Positions 19,711 through 29,690 of a DNA stretch of 64,000 nt are shown one piece after another (the first letter of the stretch is position 1; each line of letters begins with the position of its first letter). Made by a program: the position numbers and the translations under genes. Where the stretch lies: NCBI GenBank assembly GCA_965200245.1, contig CBDATS010000005.1, positions 416,001 to 480,000 of the forward strand, written 5' to 3'. The stretch is from a bacterium (GTDB lineage Bacteria > UBA8248). The notes below the pieces were generated by a model. That model was not told the origin of the DNA and ran no database searches. It saw only the letters and a program-made list of their open reading frames with translations.

Positions 19711-21204
19711 TCAGCGCGGCATGAGGCTTCTGATCTGCGCCTCGAGCGGTTCCGTGGCGAGACGCTGGCAGCCCAAGTGGCGGGAGAGCGAATCGCCGTC
19801 GTGGCGCTGCCCGTCGCGCCAGATGTCCATCAGGAATCTGCCACTGCCTTGATTGGCCCACCACCTCTTGCCGAACTTCGTTTTCAGGACTTCGGATATC
19901 TGGGCCTGAAGCATCCACGCCCGAAGATAATTCGCGCAGTAGAAAAACGGGTCCACATCGTCGAGATAGGAGACTCGCGGGTATTCCACACATGTCGCCT
20001 CGCTAAGTTTCTCCCGGTAGGTGGCATCCTTGCCCCCGAGTTCCGCACCTTGGTGAAGCGTGAGTTCATAGTCGATTTTCGCCGCATAGCGCCTGAGCAT
20101 ATAGAGTTCGAAAAGCGCATGGTGCGCCAGAAACGCCTCGTAGTCCAACGCCTGCCCGCCCAGGGCATCCTCAAGCCAGAGCGGATCGAGCAGCAAGTGA
20201 TCGAAGAGCATGGCGAAACCCTCCGTTACGGAGTTGTCCCCCAGGCGCCTCCACTCGAAGGGTGCGTCCACTGCCACATTGGCAAAATGTAACGCATGGC
20301 CAAGTTCGTGCCAGAACGCGCTGTAATCGTCATAGCCGCCACGGGGTCTGATCACGAGATAGACTTCTTCGGGAACTCTCAAGGAAGCGCAAAACGCCCG
20401 GGGACTCTTCAAGGGACGGTCCCCGATGTCGAGGCGCACCCTGCCCCCCACCTGGAGATCGAGACCCATCGAGACGCAAATCTCCCGCGCCGAGGATTCA
20501 ATCTTCTCCACCGGGAAGAGGGTGTCGAATCCAGCACCCCGGGAACAATACTGCGCATCGTGGCGCTGTGCGGAGGAAGGCGGAACACCCGCTTTGCTCA
20601 TTGCCTCCTCCATCGCTTCGGCATACAGCACTTCAGTGCGTTTGAGAAATTGCGCCATCTCGTCTCGAACGGGCTCAAGCGGGTAACGCTTCACCGCCGC
20701 CATCATCCCCAGATAACTCCCGAATCCCAGTTCATCGGCCATTTCGTGCGTGGTGCGGTGAATTCTTTCCAGAAATTCGTTCTTCTCCGCCAGGACTTCT
20801 GAACGTGCATTTTCCAGAAAAATCCGTTTCTCCCGATCCGGTTCGTTCAGGAGAACGACAGCGCTTTGCCGATATGGGATGGATTCGCCCTCAGCAGTCT
20901 CTACCATCGTCCTGGTTTCGAACAAAAGCGCCTGCTCACTCGACTCTCTTGTCGCATTCCGAATATGTGCCAGTGTCAGGAAACCGTGCAGTTCGGACAA
21001 ACGCGAATGTTCGACCGGATCATCGGCCGAACCACAGAGGGAGGAGAGCACCTCGATGTTCTCAAGAGTAAAAAGATCGGCATATTCGGCGAAAATCTCG
21101 CTCAGGCGCACGTCTGCCTTGAGACCCGCGCCGATCTCGTACCATTCTTTTCTCGATTCGGCGAAGAATGCTTCGGCGCGGGTACGGATATCTGTCAAAC
21201 GCAT
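19711..21204 (-). CDS. M3-like zinc metallopeptidase
   Basis: KSPRAFC, HELGHALH (HExxH), downstream TEGFAMLF third ligand. Confidence 0.75.
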   Translation of the reverse strand: MRLTDIRTRAEAFFAESRKEWYEIGAGLKADVRLSEIFAEYADLFTLENIEVLSSLCGSADDPVEHSRLSELHGFLTLAHIRNATRESSEQALLFETRTMVETAEGESIPYRQSAVVLLNEPDREKRIFLENARSEVLAEKNEFLERIHRTTHEMADELGFGSYLGMMAAVKRYPLEPVRDEMAQFLKRTEVLYAEAMEEAMSKAGVPPSSAQRHDAQYCSRGAGFDTLFPVEKIESSAREICVSMGLDLQVGGRVRLDIGDRPLKSPRAFCASLRVPEEVYLVIRPRGGYDDYSAFWHELGHALHFANVAVDAPFEWRRLGDNSVTEGFAMLFDHLLLDPLWLEDALGGQALDYEAFLAHHALFELYMLRRYAAKIDYELTLHQGAELGGKDATYREKLSEATCVEYPRVSYLDDVDPFFYCANYLRAWMLQAQISEVLKTKFGKRWWANQGSGRFLMDIWRDGQRHDGDSLSRHLGCQRLATEPLEAQIRSLMPR

Positions 21205-21209
21205 GGGAA

Positions 21210-22463
21210 CTATATAGCCGGCCGGGTGAACCCGCGCGGCAAGACGACGATGCCCGATGGATCGACAACGGCGCCGGAATAGGCATCAGCGTTTCCATCC
21301 ACCACAGAAGCCCCCGCTTCGATCCGGTTGAATCTGTCTACAATCGCTTTCTCGATCTTCGCGCCAGCTCCGATGAGAGTGTGGTCCATGACAATCGAAT
21401 CTATGATCTCCGCCCCCTTTTCGATCATTACTCCGCGGCCGATGACGGAGCGATCGATGCGCGCACCTGCAATCTGACATCCTTCCCCGATGAGGGCGTT
21501 TTCTACCTGTGTGGATACGACGCGGCTGCCCGGGCCTGGATAGGGGCTGGTGTGAATCGGCCATTCGAGGTTACTCAAATCGAGAAGCGGCGCTTCTCCC
21601 AGCAGGTCCATCTGTGTCTCCCAGTAGGTCTTGATGGTGCCCACGTCGCGCCAGTAACCCTTCTTCTCGCTCGCCTTCATTCCGGGGATTTCATTCTGCA
21701 GAAAATCATAGGCGTAGAGTTTCTTGCGCTCACCCAGAAGAGCGGGGATGACGGTGCGCCCGAAGTCGTGCTCCCCCTCGCGCGCTGCGTCGCTGATGAG
21801 GGCATCCATCAGCACCTGGGCGGAAAACACATAGTTTCCCATGGAGCACAACGCGCGCGAAGGATCGCCCGGCATGGGCCGGGGGTCGGGATGCTTCTCG
21901 TCGAAACGCTCCACGCGTCCCGCTTCATTCACAGCCAGCACACCGAATTCCCGAGCGTCTTCGATGGGTACGGGCAGTGCCGATATGGTCGCGTCTGCCC
22001 CGCGTTCGAGATGGAAGCGAACCATCTGGCTCACGTCCATGCGGTAGATGTGGTCGGCCCCGAACACCAGCACGATGTCGGGCGCATTGTCGGTTACCAG
22101 GTTTCTGTTCTGGTGGATGGAATCGGCCGTTCCCTTGAACCAGAACTCCCCAACACGCTGCTGCGGTGGCACAGCCGTCACAAAATCCTTGCCCAGAGTC
22201 CTGCTGATGTTCCACGAACGCCTGAGATGTTCGATCAGCGACTGCGCCAGGTACTGCACCAGCACGTAGATGGAGCGATAGCCCGAGTTCACCAGATTGC
22301 TCAGCACGAAGTCGATAATGCGGTATTTCGAGCCGAACGGCACGGCAGGCTTGCCACGTGCGACAGTGAGGGGACGAAGCCTGCTTCCGGCACCGCCCGC
22401 CATGACGAAGGCTATGATTCGGGGATCACGCGAATCCAAGATATACTCCTTCGCTCGGCCCAT
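21210..22463 (-). CDS. glgC: glucose-1-phosphate adenylyltransferase
   Basis: AGGAGSRLRPLT..KPAVPFG, GTADS, GADHIYRMD, SMGNYVF, YWRDVGT. Confidence 0.96.
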   Translation of the reverse strand: MGRAKEYILDSRDPRIIAFVMAGGAGSRLRPLTVARGKPAVPFGSKYRIIDFVLSNLVNSGYRSIYVLVQYLAQSLIEHLRRSWNISRTLGKDFVTAVPPQQRVGEFWFKGTADSIHQNRNLVTDNAPDIVLVFGADHIYRMDVSQMVRFHLERGADATISALPVPIEDAREFGVLAVNEAGRVERFDEKHPDPRPMPGDPSRALCSMGNYVFSAQVLMDALISDAAREGEHDFGRTVIPALLGERKKLYAYDFLQNEIPGMKASEKKGYWRDVGTIKTYWETQMDLLGEAPLLDLSNLEWPIHTSPYPGPGSRVVSTQVENALIGEGCQIAGARIDRSVIGRGVMIEKGAEIIDSIVMDHTLIGAGAKIEKAIVDRFNRIEAGASVVDGNADAYSGAVVDPSGIVVLPRGFTRPAI

Positions 22464-22464
22464 C

Positions 22465-23919
22465 TCAACGCGTCTGCGTGTACATCGCCTTTTCGTACAA
22501 ATCGACGTAGCGCGGAACAACACCGTCCCAACCGGAATCCTTCTCCATCGCGTTGCGCATCATCATACGCCAAAACCCGCGATCCAGAAATGCCCTGCGA
22601 ATCCTCTCCATCCCGGCAAGGAAATCGGCCGGGGTGAAGGCGTCGAAATGAAAACCTGTATCCGTGCGCGCCTCAGGCACGGGTGATGAGGAAACCGAAT
22701 CTGCAAGCCCTCCAACTCGCCTCACGTAAGGTAGCGTCCCGTAGCGCATGGCGTATAGCTGGTTCAGGCCTGAAGGTTCATGGCGCGAAGGCATGAGCAG
22801 CACGTCGCCGCCCGCATACATGCGGTGGGAGAGCACCTCATCGTAAACGGGCGCGAACGCCAACCGACCCCGGTAGACCGATGCGGCCCTGGCCAAAGCG
22901 CTCTCAAGCGCCTTCTCCCCGGTTCCGAGAACGGCCAGGCTGACGCCTGAATCCATCAATTGGTCCATCGTCTCAAGAATGAGGTCGATGCCCTTCTGGT
23001 GTGCCAGCCGCGAGACGACAACACACAAAGGCCCCTCGGAGTCCAGGCCCAACTCCGCTTGAAGCGCTGCCTTGCATTTCGCCTTGCCCTCGGGATGCGT
23101 ACTCGAGAAACAGGCCGTAATGTACGGATCGATTTCGGGGTTCCAGACAGCGTCGTCAATGCCGTTCATGATCCCGAACAAAGCATCCTTTCTGAGAACG
23201 ACCACGCCCTCGAGCCCTTCTCCCTGCTCTTCCGTTTGCATCTCCTGCGCATAGCGGTCACTCACGGTGGAGATGACGTCGCCGCACAGGATACCGCCCT
23301 TCATAAAATTCACGTCACCGTAAAATTCGAGACCCTCGATATCCATCGCCTCATCAGGAAGAGATGTGTGCGCGAAATCATTCGGGTGGAAACGGCCTTG
23401 ATAGGCGAGATTATGGATGGTGAAAACGGTGGAAACCCCGCGCCATTTTTCATCGTCCCCGTGGCAGTATTTTAGCAAGGGCGGTATCAAGGCACTTTGC
23501 CAGTCATGGCAGTGGATGATGAAGGGATATTCCCTCTCCCCCTCCATATGAGAGAGCACGCCCTTGGCAAAACGTGCAAAACGCTCCGCATTGTCGGGAA
23601 AAACCCCGCGCTCGTCTCCGTAGAATCCGTCCCGATCAAACAAATCCTCGGCGGCGATGAGTCGGACGGAAACACCCTCATGTTCAAGCGAGTACACTTC
23701 GTTGCGCACGCCTGTGAATGCGTCCTCGACCCGTGTGGGAGAGCCTGCCTGATGATCCCTGAGAACAGATCGGTACGCGGGCAGGTAAACACACACTTTG
23801 TGGCCCATCCGCACGAGCGCCAAAGGCAGCGCACCGATGACGTCGCCCAGCCCGCCAGATTTGGCGAAGGGGAACATCTCACTCGCCACCATGGTAATTT
23901 CCATCGATCTCTCCGCCAT
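22465..23919 (-). CDS. glgA: glycogen synthase
   Basis: KSGGLGDV, HCHDWQ, TIHNLAYQG, SRLAHQKG, MPSRHEPSGLNQL. Confidence 0.95.
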   Translation of the reverse strand: MAERSMEITMVASEMFPFAKSGGLGDVIGALPLALVRMGHKVCVYLPAYRSVLRDHQAGSPTRVEDAFTGVRNEVYSLEHEGVSVRLIAAEDLFDRDGFYGDERGVFPDNAERFARFAKGVLSHMEGEREYPFIIHCHDWQSALIPPLLKYCHGDDEKWRGVSTVFTIHNLAYQGRFHPNDFAHTSLPDEAMDIEGLEFYGDVNFMKGGILCGDVISTVSDRYAQEMQTEEQGEGLEGVVVLRKDALFGIMNGIDDAVWNPEIDPYITACFSSTHPEGKAKCKAALQAELGLDSEGPLCVVVSRLAHQKGIDLILETMDQLMDSGVSLAVLGTGEKALESALARAASVYRGRLAFAPVYDEVLSHRMYAGGDVLLMPSRHEPSGLNQLYAMRYGTLPYVRRVGGLADSVSSSPVPEARTDTGFHFDAFTPADFLAGMERIRRAFLDRGFWRMMMRNAMEKDSGWDGVVPRYVDLYEKAMYTQTR

Positions 23920-24058
23920 TTCACTAATTCCCCGTTTCAACGATTCGCCGTCCTGCGGCACATGCGACCGCGAGTCGAAATAACTGCACTCTATACACGA
24001 ATCGTACCCTGTATGTTACAATTAAATGAAGGATTCATGAAAAAAGAATGGAGGCTGC

Positions 24059-24466
24059 ATGCGGTATCTGGTACGCGGAAAGGTCATCGAGGGCAAGGGC
24101 GCCGCTCTTCTCGAAGCCATCGAATTGGGCGAACTCGGGCGCGGATCCATCGCGCACCAGACGTTCTTGAAGTGTATGAAAGAGGCGCGGCTCACCGAGC
24201 AGGGCCAGGTTCGCTGGCTTGAGGTCTGCTACTGTCGCGAGGCGTTCGGTCCGGGTTACGAGTTGTATGAGGAACTGCCCTACTGGGAGGCGTATTTCGA
24301 GGAGATCGACGTGCGCTTCGCACGCAAACCGGAAGACTGCGAAGGTTATCCTGTCTGTGGCAATTGCGACTGCACGGAAAAGCTCGAGGCGAAACTCGAC
24401 AAACTGGGCGTTCCCTTCTTCAGTCATCTGAAAGAAACCGTATCTTCCTCTTCATCCTCATCCTGA
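24059..24466 (+). CDS. Cys-rich hypothetical protein
   Basis: 135 aa with coding-like codon usage; motifs CYC and C-x5-C-x2-C-x-C; GGAGG RBS. Confidence 0.7.
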   Translation: MRYLVRGKVIEGKGAALLEAIELGELGRGSIAHQTFLKCMKEARLTEQGQVRWLEVCYCREAFGPGYELYEELPYWEAYFEEIDVRFARKPEDCEGYPVCGNCDCTEKLEAKLDKLGVPFFSHLKETVSSSSSSS

Positions 24467-25444
24467 ATCGGCCCAGCGCGCCTTGCCCTGTTCTTTGGTG
24501 AGTTTCCACCTGTCGTGAACCCATAGATACTGCTCAGGTCCTTGCCGGATGAAGTTTTCCGTCTCTGCGTTCACCGCCTTGGTAAGCCTCTCGATTTCAC
24601 TCCTGGTGCTTTGCGCGTACATATCAGGCGCTATCGGATCGCTCAGCAATATTTCGTAGCGGCGTCCGTCGCCCTTTCTCAAGCACGAGATCAGGACAAT
24701 GGGCCGATCATACAATACAGCAAGTGCCGCAGGTGCGGGTGTCGTTCTGGCCAGCTTGCCGAAAAAGGGAGTGTCTATCCCCTCGCCGCCCGCATTCTGA
24801 TCCGCGAGAATCGCCACAGAACGTCCCTTTCGCAATGCCTCGCGCAGATGGAAAAAGGCATTTTTCCTGGAAAGAATCTCCTGACCCGAGGACGCACGCA
24901 TTTCATACAGCGAGGCCTCAAGTTTCCGGTTGTCCAGGGGACGAACGGGAATGGTGAGCGGAATCCCCGCCAGTGCGCCGGCATGGGCGAGGCACTCCCA
25001 GTTCCCCAGGTGTGGCACGACGAACACGCAGCCGCCCGCGTCTTCGTGAATCGCACGCACTTTTTCGAACATCTCCTCCGCCCCGTCCACAATCTCGCAC
25101 ACCATCTTCTTCGCCCGCAGGGGATCGAAGGTGGTGAGAAACTTCGCTGCCTCCAGGCAAGTGAGGACGAACGAGCGACAACTGCGCCTCGCCAGAACCA
25201 GGCGCTGCGCCTCGTTGAGTCCGGGAAACGCGATACGCAGATTCGCGCGCGCAATGCGTCTTCTCCTTGGAGCGAAACGGAAAAGCCCCTCCCCTGCCAG
25301 GACAGCGACCACGCGGCAGACACCATAGGGTAGTATACGGATCAATTTGAGAAGCGAAACGAGCAGTGCGCATTCCACCCACTGGTGCAACGCGCCCTTG
25401 TCCTTGCTGCGCTTTCTGGCGGGGTGGGGCGCGGACTTGCTCAC
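24458..25444 (-). CDS. lipid A biosynthesis acyltransferase family (LpxL/HtrB-like)
   Basis: ANLRIAFP, HLGNWE (HX4E), ILADQ, PFFG, PEQYLWVHDRWK. GTGA overlap with the upstream KS gene. Confidence 0.9.
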   Translation of the reverse strand: MSKSAPHPARKRSKDKGALHQWVECALLVSLLKLIRILPYGVCRVVAVLAGEGLFRFAPRRRRIARANLRIAFPGLNEAQRLVLARRSCRSFVLTCLEAAKFLTTFDPLRAKKMVCEIVDGAEEMFEKVRAIHEDAGGCVFVVPHLGNWECLAHAGALAGIPLTIPVRPLDNRKLEASLYEMRASSGQEILSRKNAFFHLREALRKGRSVAILADQNAGGEGIDTPFFGKLARTTPAPAALAVLYDRPIVLISCLRKGDGRRYEILLSDPIAPDMYAQSTRSEIERLTKAVNAETENFIRQGPEQYLWVHDRWKLTKEQGKARWADSG

Positions 25445-26739
25445 GGCGCGGCGGTGATGACCGCGGAGGATTGCCCGCCGATACCGTGGCTCAAGGACAA
25501 GAACGCACCCCCCGTAACAGCACATTCTTCGGTGGGGATATGGAGAGCCTCGAACGCATCTTCTTTCAGTCCAAGACCCGGCGTGGGCGGAAGGCGGCCT
25601 TCCTTGAGAGCGTATAGTCCCAGAACAATCTCAGCCAAATCGCTGGCCGATCCCATGTGTCCCGTATAGGGCTTCCAGCCTGCGAGCGGTATCGCGTCTT
25701 TCGCATCTGCGCAACAGTCCAGTAAGGCGGAGAGTTCGCCTGCGTCACCCTTCGGCGTCGCGCTCCCGTGAGGGAGGATAAAGGCCAGATCATCGCTCGT
25801 GAGGCCCGCCTCGACCAATACGGATTTCACCGCATGGCGCACCGCGCTTGCAGGCACGGGAATATAGCGATCCGAAGAGAATTCCTGGCAGTTCGCCGTC
25901 CCCATGACGCGCCCCAGGGGCTTCGCCCCCCGCGCCCGGGCGGATTCTGCACTCTCGAGCAACAGGGCAGCGGCACCCTCTCCAAGCAAGAATCCATCGC
26001 GCCGCCTGTCGAAGGGCCGGAACGACGCCGCGCTCTCTTTCGCCTTCGAGAGAATGCCCAAGCCGTCGAGTTCCAGAAGCATTATGGGGTGCGCCCAGCT
26101 TCCACAGCCCACGACAAGACCGACATCGGCTTCGCCGAAGCGCAGCACGCGTTCGCAGTTCTCAAGCGCCTGTGCACCGCATGAGGAAAGGCTCGAGAAA
26201 CTGCCGTTCGGCCCCATAAACTCGTAAATAGCCGACAAATAGCTGAAAAGGTTGTTGGGCAAACCTTCCAGCAGAAAAAAGGGGCTCACACTGTGGAGCG
26301 ACGCCTCGTTCAGGGAGGCAGGTTCAGGCGCTTCCCACGAAGCGCCTGCCGTCTGTTTAAGCGCCGCGTAGAAATCGATGTAGCCCATTCTTGTGAAATC
26401 GCCCGAGCCCACGTAGAGGGATTTCCTGTCGGGAGCCACCTCTCCCATGTCGAGACCCGCGCAGGCCACAGCCTCGGCGGCGGCGTACAGTCCCAAGATG
26501 GAACTCCTGTTCAGGAATTTGCGCTGACTGGCGAGTTTGGGCGTTACCTCGGGCGGGTCTTGATGACCGGGAACGGTGCCGTGGTAAGCGAAATTAGGCG
26601 GAAGGGACGCATTCTCCTCGCCCTGATGGCAGGCAACCCCGCATTTGCCGGCGCGAAGCGATTCCCAGTTTTCCGGGACATTCTCGCCAACAGAGGTCAG
26701 CAACCCCACGCCCGTAATCCACAACTCCTTGCCTCGCAT
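25441..26739 (-). CDS. ketosynthase homologue with catalytic Cys->Ser (putative decarboxylase or chain-length factor)
   Basis: FabF fold motifs RPFDRRRDGF, GEGAA, PHGSAT, KPYTGH. The active-site loop reads GPNGSFSSLSSCG where FabF has GPNxxxSTACAT. Confidence 0.85.
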   Translation of the reverse strand: MRGKELWITGVGLLTSVGENVPENWESLRAGKCGVACHQGEENASLPPNFAYHGTVPGHQDPPEVTPKLASQRKFLNRSSILGLYAAAEAVACAGLDMGEVAPDRKSLYVGSGDFTRMGYIDFYAALKQTAGASWEAPEPASLNEASLHSVSPFFLLEGLPNNLFSYLSAIYEFMGPNGSFSSLSSCGAQALENCERVLRFGEADVGLVVGCGSWAHPIMLLELDGLGILSKAKESAASFRPFDRRRDGFLLGEGAAALLLESAESARARGAKPLGRVMGTANCQEFSSDRYIPVPASAVRHAVKSVLVEAGLTSDDLAFILPHGSATPKGDAGELSALLDCCADAKDAIPLAGWKPYTGHMGSASDLAEIVLGLYALKEGRLPPTPGLGLKEDAFEALHIPTEECAVTGGAFLSLSHGIGGQSSAVITAAP

Positions 26740-26751
26740 CGCTCATCCCGC

Positions 26752-27204
26752 CTAGCTCAACCGGATCTCGCGCCCCAGAACACGAAAATGATGGCGCTGC
26801 TCCTCGGGGTCTTCATAGTCCGCGAGCGGCACTGTCCTGCCGCCAAAATCGGCGACCACCCGGCGCTCTCCCTCCACTGTGGCCACGCCCCTGAAGCTTC
26901 TCAGTTCTGTTTCCTCGCCCTGTGCCTCCACGTTCAGGAGGACCTGATCCCCCGGAAAGGCAAACCCATAGTACCTGACGCTCCGAACCTTTTCCAAAAG
27001 TATCCACCGCGTGAAATCCGAACTCGCCGCTTCCAGCCAGCCTGCAAGCTGCACCAGTGCCTCGACAATCAGCGCGCCCGGCATGACGGGAAACCGGGGG
27101 AAGTGGTACTCCAGAAAATCTTCGCTCATCGTGATGTTCTTCACCCCCTGGATGGAAACTCCCCCTTCCCACTCCGTCACTCTGTCCACGAGCATGTATC
27201 TCAA
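26752..27204 (-). CDS. FabZ-like 3-hydroxyacyl-ACP dehydratase (short N-terminus)
   Basis: MRYMLVDRV, GVKNIT, HFPRFPVMPGALIVEALVQ, PGD. Confidence 0.88.
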   Translation of the reverse strand: MRYMLVDRVTEWEGGVSIQGVKNITMSEDFLEYHFPRFPVMPGALIVEALVQLAGWLEAASSDFTRWILLEKVRSVRYYGFAFPGDQVLLNVEAQGEETELRSFRGVATVEGERRVVADFGGRTVPLADYEDPEEQRHHFRVLGREIRLS

Positions 27205-27216
27205 ATCAAAGGCCTC

Positions 27217-27633
27217 CTAATCGTCCTCTGTCGGCGGACCTTTGCCCAACAGAATCACCTGGGCCATCGCCAACTCCAGCGTATGGCTCATCGAGATGGT
27301 AGATTGGGTGATCTTCCTTCGCACGCTCATGCGCTCCATTGAGCCACTCAGTTTGAGCGTAGGCTTGCCCGAAGCAGAAGATTCCACCTCGATTTCGCGC
27401 AGGCGGCCCCTGCCGCCCAACCCGCCCGGCTCGGAAATGCCAAGGCCGAACGCCTTGAGGCAGGCTTCTTTCGCCGCGAAGCGGGCAGCGAAATGAGGAT
27501 AGGGATTGCTGCGCCTCAAACAATACGTCCGTTCCGTTTCGGTGAACACGTCCTCGCCGAACGCCTCGTGACGCTCATAGGCTTCCTTCAGGCGCGCCAC
27601 TTCCACCAAATCCACCCCCTGGTACAGCCGCAT
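27217..27633 (-). CDS. acpS: holo-ACP synthase (AcpS-type phosphopantetheinyl transferase)
   Basis: GVDLVEVAR, FTETERTYC, AARFAAKEA, GKP, SMSH. Confidence 0.92.
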   Translation of the reverse strand: MRLYQGVDLVEVARLKEAYERHEAFGEDVFTETERTYCLRRSNPYPHFAARFAAKEACLKAFGLGISEPGGLGGRGRLREIEVESSASGKPTLKLSGSMERMSVRRKITQSTISMSHTLELAMAQVILLGKGPPTEDD

Positions 27634-27650
27634 TTCAGAAATCTCCCGCT

Positions 27651-28403
27651 CTAGCCGGTGAGCAGACCGCCGTCCACGGCTATCGCCTGGCCGTTGATGT
27701 AGTTCGATTCCTCAGACGCCAGGAATACTACAAGTTTGGCTACGTCCTCGGGCTCGCCGAAGCGGCCCGCCGGTATGCGCTGGAGAATCGCGTCGCCGCC
27801 CTTCTCACGTACGCGCTCGCTCATGTCGGTGACGATCATGCCCGGCAAAATGGTGTTGAACTGGATGCCCCGTTTCCCCATCTCCGCAGCGCAGGCGCGC
27901 ATGAAGGCGATGATGCCCGCCTTGGCGGAAGCGTAGTTCGTCTGCCCGGCTCCACCCAGTACGCCTATGACGGAGGAGATACTGATTACCTTGCCGGAGC
28001 GTTTGCGAAGCATAATCTCACCTGCCGCCTTCGTACAGTGATATGCGCCGTCCAGACTCACGCCGAGCACCTTGCGCCAGCCAGTGGGCTTCATGGTGAG
28101 CAGCAAGGTGTCGTGAATCACACCCGCGTTGTTCACAAGGATGTCGATCGTGCCGAAATCAGCCTTCACCTGGTCGAACATGGCCGTCACATCCTCGAAA
28201 GACGAGACGTCGGCCAGGTATGTCCGCGCCTGGCCACCCGCGGCCTCAATTTCCGCCCACACCTCCTCAGCAGCCTCCGCCGAGCGACTGTAGTTGATCG
28301 CCACCGAAGCACCCGCCCTGGCCAATGCCATACAGCATGCGCGTCCGATGCCCCGTCCGCCCCCGGTCACCAGCGCGATTTTTCCACTCAAGTCGATTTT
28401 CAT
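27651..28403 (-). CDS. fabG: 3-oxoacyl-ACP reductase
   Basis: TGGGRGIG, LVNNAGV, GQTNYASAK, IPAGRFGEPEDVA. Confidence 0.9.
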   Translation of the reverse strand: MKIDLSGKIALVTGGGRGIGRACCMALARAGASVAINYSRSAEAAEEVWAEIEAAGGQARTYLADVSSFEDVTAMFDQVKADFGTIDILVNNAGVIHDTLLLTMKPTGWRKVLGVSLDGAYHCTKAAGEIMLRKRSGKVISISSVIGVLGGAGQTNYASAKAGIIAFMRACAAEMGKRGIQFNTILPGMIVTDMSERVREKGGDAILQRIPAGRFGEPEDVAKLVVFLASEESNYINGQAIAVDGGLLTG

Positions 28404-28421
28404 TCCAAATTACCCCTCATC

Positions 28422-29690
28422 TTAGGCTGCCTTTGTCACAAGCAAGGTGGCGTTTTGTCCGCCGAAACCAAAGGAATTCGTGATGGCGGCAGGCACGGGC
28501 ATCTCCCGCGCACCCCCGGCCACATAGTCGAGATCGCATTTCGGGTCCGGATTCTCCAAATTCGTCGTAGGATGCACGATGTCACGCGCGACGCTCAAGG
28601 CCGTGAAGATGAATTCGGGCGCGCCGCAGGCAGCGATCAAATGCCCGATCATGGATTTGGACGAACTCACCGCCAGTGAATCCGCCCGCGCGCCGAATAC
28701 TTCGCGAATTGCCCTGGTCTCAACCGGATCGTTCAGCTTCGTGCCCGTGCCGTGCGCGTTAACGTAAGTAATGCCGTCAGGCTGAAGACCCGCATCCTTG
28801 ATCGCCTCGCGCATTGAACTTACCGCACCCCGGCCCGCCGGGTGAGGAGCTGTCACCTGGTGGGCGTCCATGCTCACGCCATAACCCGAAAGGACGGCGT
28901 AGGGCTCAGCCCCCCGCGCACGCGCATGATCCTGCGATTCGAGAACCACCACGCCCGCTCCTTCGCCCACAGCCAGGCCTGTGCGACTCCTGTCGAAGGG
29001 GCGGCAAAGAGGGGGGGACTTCGATTTGGATGCCGCGCCGAGCAAGAGGAATATGGCCACCCCGACCGGGTGGATCATCGAATCGGCTCCGCCGCAAAGT
29101 ACCACGTCCGCCTCACCTCGGCGGATCATGCGCATTCCGAGTCCTATCGCCTGGCCAGCCGCTGCACAGGCGGAAGTTATTGTTCCCGAGAGACCGGCGA
29201 GTTCGAACCATTCCGCAATCCGGGACGTCGCCCGCTCGGGCGGGTTCTTGAAGTAGCCCGACTCGTGCGTCTCTTCGAACTCCGCAGCGAAGCGCGCAGC
29301 GTCGAAGCTGTTTTGCGGATCCGCCCAGGCGATGAAATCTTCCAGGCAGTAACTGCTAAGTCCGGTTCCCATTACTACGCCCGCACGCTCGGGCGCGTAA
29401 CCACCCAGAAAAATTCCGGCGTCCGTCATGGCACTTTGCGCGGCGTCGAGAGCAAAAAGCACCCTGCGTTCGCCCTCGCCCGCATATTCCTCGGGCAACC
29501 TTCTCCTGATGGCGGAGAGCGTCTCTTCTGAAACCTCGCCCGCTCCGGCAATGGGCAGTGTATTCGCGTCGAAGGAATCAATGGGAGAGAGACCCGACTC
29601 ACCCGCCAGCGCCCTTTGCCAGCATACCTCTACCCCCGCACCCAGGGAAGTCACCATGCCGAGCCCGGTGATGAATACCTGCGTGCTCAT
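28422..29690 (-). CDS. beta-ketoacyl-ACP synthase (FabF-like, Cys-His-His intact)
   Basis: TSACAAA, NAHGTGT, KSMIGH, NSFGFGG. ATG at 29690 overlaps the stop of the dehydratase gene. Confidence 0.92.
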   Translation of the reverse strand: MSTQVFITGLGMVTSLGAGVEVCWQRALAGESGLSPIDSFDANTLPIAGAGEVSEETLSAIRRRLPEEYAGEGERRVLFALDAAQSAMTDAGIFLGGYAPERAGVVMGTGLSSYCLEDFIAWADPQNSFDAARFAAEFEETHESGYFKNPPERATSRIAEWFELAGLSGTITSACAAAGQAIGLGMRMIRRGEADVVLCGGADSMIHPVGVAIFLLLGAASKSKSPPLCRPFDRSRTGLAVGEGAGVVVLESQDHARARGAEPYAVLSGYGVSMDAHQVTAPHPAGRGAVSSMREAIKDAGLQPDGITYVNAHGTGTKLNDPVETRAIREVFGARADSLAVSSSKSMIGHLIAACGAPEFIFTALSVARDIVHPTTNLENPDPKCDLDYVAGGAREMPVPAAITNSFGFGGQNATLLVTKAA

